From Bugula neritina (taxonomy: Eukaryota; Animalia; Bryozoa): a DNA stretch of 64,000 bases. Shown here piece after piece: positions 52,234 through 64,000 of this stretch. The notes below the pieces were generated by a model. The model searched no databases, was not told the origin of the DNA, and saw only the letters and a list, made by a program, of their open reading frames with translations. The position numbers and the translations under genes were made by a program. The number at the start of each line of letters is the position of its first letter. Position 1 is the stretch's first letter. The stretch spans positions 2,418,001-2,482,000 of the forward strand of contig OZ037770.1 in the NCBI GenBank assembly GCA_964035545.1, written 5' to 3'.

Positions 52234-52954
52234 GATATAGCAACAATAGATGTTTAAATCTGACAAATTTCTTCATAAAATCGACAAACAGTTTAAATTA
52301 CATGTTTAAGCTTTATTTCGTATAAAATAAAACCAGGAAACTACAAATTAGTTTCGAAACAATAGAAATTTTAATATTGTATTTATTATTAAATTTTGTG
52401 CTAGTTGATACTACTGAAAAGCAAGTCCTAATTTTTAAATGTGATAGTTTATTATAAAGACTTTTATTGTTTTAACTATTAACAAACGCAGGATAAAAAG
52501 AAAAGGCAACTCTCCAACACTTAAAGCAACTGCATATGAAATACAATAAGAGTAATTCATTTCATTTTCTGCCTAAAACTAAACTATAAACTCAGACTAT
52601 ATATTCTGCGCTCAATTCTTTTGTTATAACGAATTGTAGACTGTAGAAAGAGCGTTGATGAGTCATAATATTTTGTTGCTTTGCAGAATCTATGCTGATG
52701 ACAAATAATTTTAAAACGTCATGCATGCAGTTGATTGGTTGAATTCAACTGCATGAACTTTTAGTGGTCACAAATTGATTAGCCAACAAATTTGTTAATT
52801 AGTCAACTTTAAAAATGTCAAAAATTTTTGAACAGATCAAAAAGGAATGTTAAAAATTTATTAAATCATATAAGAAAAAAACCAGAAAAAGTTCACAGTT
52901 CAAAAGGAAATTAAAAAAAATTGAGCAAAATAATCCCTTTAAAACAAAACAAAT

Positions 52955-54055
52955 ATGGCGGCTAGCGGGTATAGCAGCACAGAAGAGGAACCTTTGAAAA
53001 GATACAAAAAAATGCGGGAAGCAAGAATTATGTTTATGAATGAAGATTGCAGAGGGAATCAGCATTACATTTGCCAGCTGTACAGCGAGGACAAGAAGGC
53101 AGCTTACGACGCGGAGACATATGAAATCTCTCACAAGGATCAAGCTATAAGCGCCAAGGACACGACATCAAATCTCGAGCATACGTCAAACGTGATCTTC
53201 GTGGCTCAAACTGAGCACACATCCACGATGAACCAATTAAAACTTATAGTCGGGGAAACCAGGTTGGCTGGTCCAGGAGGTCAGATTTGCAGCAACAACT
53301 CTATATACGACTACATGAAACCCGGTCGCAGAACCATAGTAGAAAAACACTGCACTAATCCGTCCGCCTACACCATTAAAACAAAAATAGTCACACCTCG
53401 TTGCCTAAACGTATGCGAGCTGGGAATGATCCAGTTTGTAAAAGGAGATGATTGCACTCAGGTCTCGACACCAGAAGTTCGAGTGGATCTCTGTGGCGAT
53501 ACAGACAACATTGTGAAGGCTTTACTCCTCACCTTAGCCATAAAGCTAGCTTACCTCGAGTATAAACTGCACGAGATTGTAACTCCTGACCAAAGCCGTA
53601 ATATTTCTAATCTCACAACTCATTTCCAATCTCTCTCTATGGACACTGGATCAGATAGAAATCTGAAACAAACTGTTCTCAAGCCAATAGCTAAGTATCC
53701 CACTGAGCATGCTCCATGTGATCAGGGAACAGGAAGCTCCGCTCCGACAGGGCCCTGTAGTCTGAGACTTGACACACCGGAAGAGGTTGTTGCTTATTCC
53801 AAAGGCTATGATGACGGATACGCAACAGGATGCACCCACAAACAACGCTCAGCGAATGAAATGCCATGTGCACCAACTCCAGCTGCCGAGCCTTGTGACG
53901 GAGCTCAGAAACGGACTCTTTCTGCCCCGACACCTGGAGTTTCTGGTGAGTTGCCTGAAAAATCGAGGAGGTTGGCTGGCTGGAAACGAGGTTGGCACTC
54001 AGACATCCCGTCTGATGATGATTGTCAGCCGTCTGCTTTTAGTAAATGTAAATAG
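52955..54055 (+). CDS. Intronless unknown-family protein, paralogue 3
   Basis: 366-aa ORF, MAASG...PSAFSKCK; tandem with paralogue 2 and sharing a similar upstream leader; AATAAA at ~54177. Confidence 0.88.
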   Translation: MAASGYSSTEEEPLKRYKKMREARIMFMNEDCRGNQHYICQLYSEDKKAAYDAETYEISHKDQAISAKDTTSNLEHTSNVIFVAQTEHTSTMNQLKLIVGETRLAGPGGQICSNNSIYDYMKPGRRTIVEKHCTNPSAYTIKTKIVTPRCLNVCELGMIQFVKGDDCTQVSTPEVRVDLCGDTDNIVKALLLTLAIKLAYLEYKLHEIVTPDQSRNISNLTTHFQSLSMDTGSDRNLKQTVLKPIAKYPTEHAPCDQGTGSSAPTGPCSLRLDTPEEVVAYSKGYDDGYATGCTHKQRSANEMPCAPTPAAEPCDGAQKRTLSAPTPGVSGELPEKSRRLAGWKRGWHSDIPSDDDCQPSAFSKCK

Positions 54056-57000
54056 TCAGCACTGGTCCATTAACATGAAAAGATGCAACAGATCAACCAA
54101 TTACTTGATGCTTTGATTTGATATTGTCATAAAATTAAACATTATATTTTACTGCAAATCATTTATTCAAAGTGAAAATAAAAATTGAAAAACTATACAA
54201 TTTGAGTTTGAGTGCCTTTAGCAACATTTGAGAATTGTGCATAGGCATTTAGAGCTGTCAATATTTATCACTTACCACTAACTATTATATAAATAAAATG
54301 ATTATTTACAATTTGACAAAAATATGGTAATTGTCTTCTCGAAATGTGCGGTTGCTCAAACTACAATTCTTCACATCAAATGTTATTTGTGTGTATCGCT
54401 CTTTTATACAGGTATATATACATATATTGTCAACTTTTAACTTAATGTTAAGATGTTATTAATAATGCGGCGGACATTAAGTTAGGGCTGAACTGCTGGA
54501 TATGCAGACCAGAGGAGCTTAAGCTATTTTGACTTTTCATGATATCATAACACAAGTCAAACCCTTGACCCTGTAGACCTGTATTATAATAAAGTATACT
54601 TTGATATGATATAATAATATATAATATAATATAATATAATGCAATATTATGTAATATAACATAACATAATATAATATGAGATATAATGTAATATAACATA
54701 ATACAATATGATATAATATATAATTGTAGTATATAATTTTACAATGTAGTATAATATCATGATATAATTTAATACAAAGTAAGATAATACAATCATGTAT
54801 AATATAATAATATATCTAATTACAGTATTGTATACTTTAATACATTGTATTGTATTATATTACATTATAATAAAACAATTACAATAATATAGCATAAATA
54901 ATTATATATAATATGGTATAATATAATGTTATCTAATAATTATAATATATCATACTATATAGTATAATATGATACAATGTAATATATAATATTATACAAT
55001 GTGCTGTAATGTAATGTTTAATTACAATATTATATAATATAATATAACAAAATGCAATATTATAATAATTAGCACAGTATAATATAAGATAGTACAAGAG
55101 GGCATAAAGATTGTTGCTATTTAGCTAGAAAGTCAAAGTATAATTTGAAAAGCTAATTGGAAGATATGAGTATAAAATATCAGCTAGTATAAAATAGCTA
55201 TATCAGCTTTAGTATTCTAGAATATATTATTTGAGTAGACAATTACCATTCTATTTGAAAATATTATCTTTCAATAATAATAGTGATACTTTCAAATTAT
55301 AATTAATCTTTGAATCAAATTTATTTTTACCAAGTTTGAAGCTTATATAATGTGTAATGTGTACGACATTGCATTATGCAGTCATGTAAGCTGTTTTGTA
55401 AATACTATAATTGTGCTGTTTTCCCTCATAGCCTTTATCTTTGTGGCTTTGCAAACAACCCAGTGTAGTCAATGTAATAGACACACTAAATGAATCTTTA
55501 TAAAGCTATTGTTTCATATTTTCAGTCTTGAAGATGTGTTTGCAGTGACTAGTTGTGTTTCCTAAATAAATAAAGATATTATATCATTGGACTTTACATG
55601 ACTCATATATATTATGCTTCAATTTTAATAAATATTTTGCTTCAGTATTTGATTAATATTTATAAGAAATTGGACATTGGTGATGGATTACAGTTATCAG
55701 AATATTAATTATATCTTCTGATGAGTCATGTACTAGAAATTTCCTTGTAAGAGTATTATAATTACTATATGTTGAACTTAACCACAAGGTAGAGTATTAT
55801 TATATATTGAACTTAACCGCAAGAGAAAGCTGTACTCCAAACCACACTTGACTATTTATGTATGCTAAAAAGAGAGCCATGAATTTGCAATGTCAAAATT
55901 ATATGTGAGAAGTGAAATTAGATTCAGCCTTTGTTACTAATTTTAGAGCTTTGATTGACTAGCCGTCATTAACTTGTTTGTAACTTTTGCAAATTTACAT
56001 TTCAAGGGGGAAGGGGGGGGGGGGAGGAAGGGGAAGGGGGGGTCTATAACAGTTATGAGATTGAATACGTTTAGTAATGCTTTTACATTTTTTCTCCTCA
56101 TAAGCTTTATTGCTTATAATAAATCAACTGATGCTTAAAATCCAAAACTAAAATCCACTAATTTGAGCTATAGAATAGCTTTTATTAAATTTTCATTTAA
56201 TATTGGTAACAAAAATTTGTTTCTAGCCTATATTATGTCTATTTACATTACATTTATTCCCATGTTGAAGCACACACATATTTTGTTTTTTTTTATTGTA
56301 ACTTAATACAATATGATATTTCAACTTGTTATAAGTTCATAGCGCAGTATTAATATTACGCTAATTAATATAGTAATATGAGTTTTTTTGGAAAACTTTT
56401 ATTGTGACTCCTGTTCAAAAATATCATTTTCTTTCTAATATTTGTAAAGCCATGTGCATGAAGTGAATTAGCAGAAAATGTTTTTGGAGTTAAGGCAGCA
56501 CGGGTTACTAATCTATGATGCCAGTTAGCACAATTCATCAAGCAACTATTTGTAGCATTGTATAAAAATGACTCGTGCTAAAAAAGTAGCGCTTGGTGAA
56601 TCAAAACCTGTAATTTTATAAAGCTTTTGTTTAAACTAAATTCGAATGATTCACTCTCGCTATAACTTTCCCTTAAACCCTGTTTAATCATTGGTTCCTG
56701 TAGCGCAACTTCTAGCTCAGCTGTGTGCAAGTGGGAGGTCTCGGGTTCAATTCCCGGTGAAGACAATTTTTTTTATATTCTCATCTACACAGTATGACAC
56801 TTTTACATTCCAGTAGTTGTTGTTCCAGGTTATGCCAGGGCTGAGTCACCGTGCTATGTGATTCACACTTCAACTTGTGGTCGTATTTTAGGTACGCTGA
56901 ATAAATTATCACTTTGTTTATTCACATTTTTAAATAATTAAGTTAGAGTTGGAATGACAGTGCCTGGTAGAGATGTATTATGTAACTTATACCTGCATAA

Positions 57001-57135
57001 GTCCTTAGAGATTCACACAAACAAGTCACTTTCACAGACTTAGTGGCTGATCCAAGCAAGAAGTTTATATAACCAGTGGTACAGCACCTCTAACATCTAT
57101 CAATTATGGATATTGTAAACAGCAGCTATAATATT

Positions 57136-60100
57136 ATGGTTGTTTGGTTTGTGCTTTTAAGTTTATCTGTTTTATCTGGTAAGTATTTTATAACTATAAC
57201 AAGTTAAATGAAGCTTTTAGTATTAATACTAACATAAGTTAATGTTACTTTTAATATGTCATTTTTAAAATGTTTCTTAAAATTCTACATTGTACTGTAC
57301 AATAATCTAGTGCAACAAATTTAAAACTTTTTTAACTTCCTTAACTATGCTGAATATAACATCTTGTGTGACGACTAATTTGCAGAGTATTATTTAAACT
57401 GGAGTCAGCTTGAAGGATTTGATATAACTTATAGGTGTGCATTAAGCTGATGCATAGCCATATCATGGTTTATTTTATATAATATATACTGAATGATGTA
57501 ACAGTGTGGTGTTTTGTTTTAGTAGCATCAGAAATTAACTGCCCTGATGGATGGATTTACATAGGTCAAAGTTCAAAGTAAGAATGAATATATAATATTC
57601 ATTTCAATGACTTTAAAATGTATGTTATAATTCTTAGTAATTCCAGATATAATTTATTTCACTATAGGCTCATAGTTATACGTATTTTTAAACCCCTTTC
57701 AAGTGATATGCTGTTAGCCAATTCAATTTGTGAATTTTTCAAAAATCCTTAAACATTTTACGGCTGATGTTTACTATATAATAGTTACGATAAATTCAAT
57801 TGTGATAACGGCAAAGGAATATAGTTATGGCATAATAGCAAACAATATATATAATATAATAGTAATAATATTATTACTACATTTCAAAATAGTATATTAT
57901 AGTAGGATTTTATTATAGTTTAATTATGAAATTAAACATTTTAATATAACATAGTGTTTCTAAAAAATATATACCTAACCATTATATTTCTAAGAAAATA
58001 AAAATATTATGTTAAACATTCCATGCAAGCACAAAGCTCTACTAAAAAGCATTTTGCAATATTAAAAATAGTTATCGATTTATAGAAAAGTATTTTGATT
58101 TAGCATAAAGGTATAATAATTACTTGAGTTTGCATGATAATCATTCATACATAACCTGTATTGTTTCTAGTGGCATGTGCATCAAACGGTTTACTACTCA
58201 ACTCTCATATAAAGATGCAAAGTTAGCCTGTAGAGGTCACGGCTCCTTTCTAGTCAACCTTGACCTTGAAATACTCACCCAGCTGCTGACTACTGAATCA
58301 CTTTCATCACAGAGACAGCAGGTGTTTACTGAAGGTGAGAAATAGAGAAAGTATGTCTGTGAAAAGTTAGACTGAAAACTTTGAAAAGAAAGTTGATGGA
58401 AGAAATAATGAAAACTTTTACATTAACATTTCAGTACAATTCTCATACAGGTCAATTAGCAACTGAGTTCAAATATCAGTATAATTATAATATTGTTATA
58501 ACACAATATTATAATATAATATATTATTTCTATTTTGTTTATTATAATATAAAGATGTGACATAGGGTACACTAGTATACATGTCTAATTTCTATTATAT
58601 TATATAATATTATATAATAGTATTCTATATGTGTTACAGTTTACTATAGTTATATATGCTTATTGTATATATCAACATATACATAAATGCCTCATATGTT
58701 ATCTTACATGGGTATTATTGCATATCGAAACACATTTATGTGCTATTACACATAAATATATTGTTTAGCATCATCAATTATATAATGAATATTATATTAT
58801 ATACATAATTCTGAAAACTATAATATTACTTTCTAAAATAGCTGAACATTTACAAATTACAAGGTTAAATATCAGTTATGGCTGTGCTTGCAGTTTCTAA
58901 GCTACTTTATCAGAAAAGCTTTCAAGCTAATTCTCTTTTACATTCTGGAATTGTATTTCCTGTTGATATGACATCATTTCCTGTTGATATGACATCATTC
59001 CAGGAAGCTACTTTTGGACCGGATTACATCATGATGGAGAAACTTTTGCTTGGGATGGGGAGCTTCCTTCTACCCCCAAACTTAACTTATTCTGTGATAA
59101 TTATGGGTAAGTTTATTTACATAAAAATTTACATAAAGCAGCATTAAACCGCTTATTCTGCATAAAAATTGTGAGTATTTATAAGGCATGTGCTAACCTC
59201 TATATAAAACAAACAAACGTAAAAGCGTCTTTATAGCTAACCTAAAACTTGAAGGCAATAAAACATTATATAACGATACAACAATATTATAAAATAATTA
59301 TGTAAATAATATAATATGACATTTTGCTTTAATATATCTCACTATATTTTATTATGAAACAATTAATTGCTTTTATATTAAACTTATAGGTATTTTAACA
59401 AATCCAAGTAATATAATAATACATGCAATAAGCTACAATTCAAAAATATATAATGAATATATATTTTTCAATTTTGAAAATTAGAGTTATTACGACAGAT
59501 TATATGTCACGAGATCTTGCTCTATTATGATAATGTATACATGCAGTTGGTATTTATAAGTATACATCTAATCTACATTATGTGTTCACATCTTTTTACC
59601 TTACAGAGAGATGACAATTATAGATGAGCAGAAGGGCAGTGGCTGGTCATGTGACCATCTACCGACAGCTGAAATCCCTGTCAATGAAACGTGTGTGGCA
59701 GCACATTTGGCTGCCGTAGACGCTGGTGTCTCACCATCCAGTACATTGCGTAACGTCACAGTAGCAATGCTGTCAGCGCAGAGATGTGACGTTAGAAATG
59801 AGTACATCTGTGCAGCAGCAAATATAGGTTGGTGATATATGGTATATGTTATAGGGTATATGGTATATGTTATAGGGTATATGGTATAGGATATATGTAA
59901 TAGGGTATATGTTATACGTTATAGGATATAGGGTATATGGTATATGTTATAGGATATAGGGTATATGGTATATGTTATAAGATATTTGGTATAATATGTT
60001 ATAGGGTATATAGTATATGTTACAGGGTATATGTTATATGTTATAGGGTATATGGTATATGTTATATGGTATATGTTATAGGGTATATGGTATATATGAG

Positions 60101-63100
60101 ATATTATGGTATATACTATATATAGCATATAGGTTAATGGTAAATACTGTATTTAAAGGTAAAATAACACACAGATTTTTATAACTCATAACATTCAGTT
60201 TTTGATATTGGAATAAAAGTTGGCTTTGATCAATATGCAATACTTCAACAGGTAGAAGGTCCACTATTTTCAGATTTTTAAATCCATTATATGATTATAT
60301 AATAACTCATAATGAAAATTTTTATAAATGACTGACATATCAAGAGAGCAGAATTCACATCTGCTCATGTGTTGACTTATTATACATTATATATGCAAAC
60401 TTGTATAATATTGTGGCAAACAATAAGCAGGCAATAAAGCAACATCCCACAAACAGTCTAGTATCTTGCTACTTACAGTAATTGCTAAGCCAATATTAAT
60501 TTTAGTTTATTCTCTGTTAACTTTATAAAGCACTTATACACACTACACGTACTGGTGGTATAGGATATATTCATGTGAGTAAAGGATACCTAACTACTGA
60601 CAATTAGGCCACTAAATATACGTTAACAAACAATATGGCCATGTGATTATTGCCACTGCAATACAGCATAAGTTGAGTTATTATAACTTAGATATTTTCA
60701 ATCATTCACCACTGTGCTAGTGCTGTACAGCTATATTAACTTGAAAGAATTTTTTAAACTGCAAATGTAGTATTTTTCAGGAAGGTTCAATGCAAGTCTT
60801 ATTTCAAGAGAAAGCAACTCCAACCAGTCAAGACCGAAAATATCCTACGACGTCTCAACCAACTCTCTGCAATGTGCTTATGATGCTGTAGAGAGACCTC
60901 ATGTGTTTCTCAAACCTACAGGGGAGATAACAGCTAAAGTGACATTAGACCACCCACTCAGTTACAACCAGGGTGGTCTCTACAAGTGTGTGGTATGGGT
61001 GGAAGAAATAGCGAACTATGTCTACAGTGAATCAATCGATATGACTAATGGTAAGTGTAACTAGTTACGGTTACAATAGAATTCATTATATCAGAAAAAC
61101 TGTTGTATGAATAATTATGTAATAACTCAGAAAAATTACCAATTTTCTTAAAAATAGACTTTTACAAAATTTAAGCTATAAACTAATTGTATCAAAAAGC
61201 CAACTACTGGCTTAGAAAATGATTTTCACACTAATTTAAAAGTAATAAAAAGAACTAATGGAACAGATATGCCCAGCATTTGCAGATTATCATCAGTAAA
61301 TTTGTCATTCATAGCGTAGATGACTTGATTGATACATTGCATGTAATATTGATAGGCCTGTATTCAATACAAAATCAATTAAATTCAAATCTTCAAACAT
61401 TATTAAACAGAACTAATGAAATGTTTGAGACTTAACAGGTATGTTCCCACAGTGTATATTTTGATTAGCATAATAACTCACTATTATAATATTATTGTTT
61501 ACAGATGGCCAGTTGCACTACTTCACAGTGAGTTTACCTCTGGAGAATGAATACACGGCGGAGTGGCACGAGAACCTAGTCGCACTTTACCCAACTCTGA
61601 ACAAGTTCCCTCCGTATCACCCCTTTACTCTGCTACCTCTGATCATACAGGTTACTAATCTGCTCCAGACGGCTCTCGGTTATGCAATAGAAGATATTAC
61701 GTCATACGTTGAGTGTTCAGACTGTATAGACTTTACGAGGTTTCGTTCCTTCAAGTTAGACGTACTACGATTGTCGAGTTTAAGGTGAGCTTGGTTTTTG
61801 AACATGAAAGCATTAAACAAAATTGAAACGTTTTGTTTTGCATTTAATCTACATTATATTTTGGTACATACAATATTTTTTCATAATGATATACTTATAA
61901 TTATAAGAAAAATGCTCTCATTTTGATATTACGCAACAAGATGGTTCTTATAGTTAATAATGCAATGCCGTTATTGTCAGATGGAATAATTAATTAATAT
62001 TTCTGATTCAACTGATTGTCAAATTTTTTGCCCATTGCAAAGCAAGTCTTCATAATTTCCTTATAACTTTAAAGTACGGTAAAATGTGCAATTGACTACA
62101 ATCAAAACTGCAGATAGTAATTTGCATACTTTTTCATCTGCATTCACTGTAATTATAAATATTTTAGCAAAGAATTGGGAATTCCAAGTTCAAATGCTCT
62201 ATGTTTTTTATTATAATAATTATTATTATTCAAAAAGCCAAAAACAAAAACGTACAAGTTGTTTTTTTATTTCTTTTTGTAATTTTCAAATCATGATAAG
62301 CATGTAAATGAAAAGCTACGTATACACAATGTTAAATGAAATTATTTGATATTCTGTGGACAACTATTAATTTACAATAAACTGTTCTATAGACCCAACG
62401 CTGACCCAGATGGAATGCTAGTCAGCACAGAAGCTGTCCTTCACATTGAAGATGCAGGAAGTGGGTATGTCCAAGCAGGGAATGAAAAAGAAAAGCTAGC
62501 AGTTAGTAGACAACTCCTGCTGCACTACTTCAAGTCCAACCTGCAGCAACTTCTCAGACTAAACTCAAATCAGTCCAGAGCGATACACATCTCAACCGTC
62601 TCTGCGCCGACTCACATGAAAACTCTAAATTTTTCTGGTAGTTACTTTCATAGTACAATTTATATCACAAAAAATAAAAAAAGAGCTAAAAGCTTTAGTT
62701 TTTAGAATATTATAAAATAATGGGTTTGTAGTTTGCTTAACTAAAACATAAAACAATTTACAAAATCTTTATTATTGGTACATATTATATTCAACATTTA
62801 GGTATAGTAATGGAACACTTTTAATAGACTGAACTAATATTCTTTAAGTTTCCTAGTGTAGTTTTATTTATTACTATATAGCTGAAGTTCTTACGAGAGC
62901 ATTAAAATCTGTTTTACCTAAAGCACAGGCTTCTATTATTACCAATTAGGCAGTACTTTTTTGGATCTTTTCTCAAACCATTCAAAGTTACAAAAAAGCA
63001 TTTGTGGTTCTAAGAAAATATCATATTACGATATATATAACTAATGCAATAAGAAAATAACACTATATATTTTAGTCAACTGTTTACCTGAACTGAAGTA

Positions 63101-63311
63101 TATAACAGAGTTAAACAGGACAGTACAACTTCCCAAGGCAGCATTAGAGCAGACGATTCCAGTATCAACATGTAAAACTGACGTAGAATACTCTCTCAAC
63201 GTGAGTTGCACTGCCTCCCAGTCGAAGCTACCTCTGTGGCAAATCTCAGATGTACAGCTTTGCCATCGTAGTGATGTTACCATGGCAACCGACTTAATTG
63301 ATATCTTGCAA
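57136..63311 (+). CDS. Cell-surface protein: signal peptide, C-type lectin, Ig-like, unassigned region, HormR-like module; probable adhesion GPCR (partial)
   Basis: Phase-compatible exons 57136-57178, 57523-57577, 58171-58334, 59004-59106, 59607-59827, 60781-61050, 61505-61784, 62393-62637, 63076-63311. MVVWFVLLSLSVLS; CPDGW, AKLAC, FWTGL, CDVRNEYIC; QGGLYKCVV; C-C-C-W-C exon. Confidence 0.82.
59831..60125. repeat. 7/14/21-bp low-complexity tandem repeat (ggtatat/gttatag)
   Basis: Starts directly after the donor at 59828-59829. Confidence 0.9.
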
Positions 63312-64000
63312 GTAAGTTTGCTTACTGTATAACTAAACTACTTATAGATGCTGTTGACATGGTTATATCAGTTCACTTTGCATATGTCTCAGCTGCTTGT
63401 ATGCTTGTATATGGTAATTATGCAACACTTTGTTACAAACATTGAAATAGTGTGACAGCTGCTTTGAAAATATCTGTTATTGTGACATGTAAATATATAT
63501 CGGAGTAACATATCAGATGTTCTGTTGTAATACACACTAGTCTTGGATTGTTGAGTATACGTATTGTGACATATATTATATAGTAAACTTAATACTGAGC
63601 TCAAGTATATAAGTTAAACTTCTGCTTTTATGTCAGCCTGATGCATGCATATATAGTCTAGAAAATTCTATTGTGTTCTAAACTGTACAATGTACATGAA
63701 TCATGTAGAACTATAGGATTATTCATAATGCAAGCAGGAAAACAGCTATTATGCAACAATGACTTATTGTAACATTACGGTGTAGTACCAGTAAGAAATT
63801 ATAACATTGCCATAGAGTATAATATTATATAATATAGATGGGTATAATATTATACTAATTTTTATCGAGTAGAAGAATTTATGACATGCACAAGTTTATA
63901 TACAACATGTCCTATTGGTTGCTATAGCAACCGAGGTGTACACTCCCCCATGCAGTGTTTGTAATTCTGTGAGCTATTTTTATGTCAACACATATTTTTT

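Noticed and set aside
49800-55100. AT-rich (ataat)n tracts at ~49850-50110 and 54600-55090 and their short ORFs
   Set aside because: Low-complexity simple repeats; Ile/Tyr-rich ORFs are compositional artefacts.
56695-56765. tRNA-like sequence (gggttcaattcccgg); a similar reverse-strand piece at 12545-12600
   Set aside because: Only a B-box/T-arm-like motif and no full cloverleaf; probably repeat-derived.

Overview
AT-rich, intron-dense animal (invertebrate) genomic DNA; no prokaryotic features. Left to right: (1) the 5' part of a multi-exon Ser/Pro-rich uncharacterised gene (- strand, runs off the left edge); (2) a complete 18-exon UFL1 gene (6563-18369, -) whose introns carry a MITE and several minisatellites anchored on splice sites, one being an 8-fold duplication of a splice acceptor; (3) an intronless TPMT-family methyltransferase with a decayed partial copy; (4) three intronless paralogues of an unrecognised family (24541, 51289, 52955) with a probable scramblase/Tubby-C-like domain and a motif-rich tail; (5) a ~20 kb transposon nest: TA-flanked MITE, Copia remnant, a young internally deleted Gypsy/Ty3 element (LTRs, tRNA-Leu PBS, gag, partial integrase) with an extra C2H2 zinc-finger/coiled-coil ORF in the env position, a TTAA MITE in its 3' LTR, fragments of a second Gypsy family with a homologous zinc-finger ORF, and a mosaic tandem array with PIF/Harbinger-type transposase remains and an orphan KIN17 exon; (6) a ~258 bp spacerless palindrome; (7) the 5' part of a signal peptide/C-type lectin/Ig/HormR-like gene, probably an adhesion GPCR, running off the right edge. 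All calls were made by eye, without database searches.
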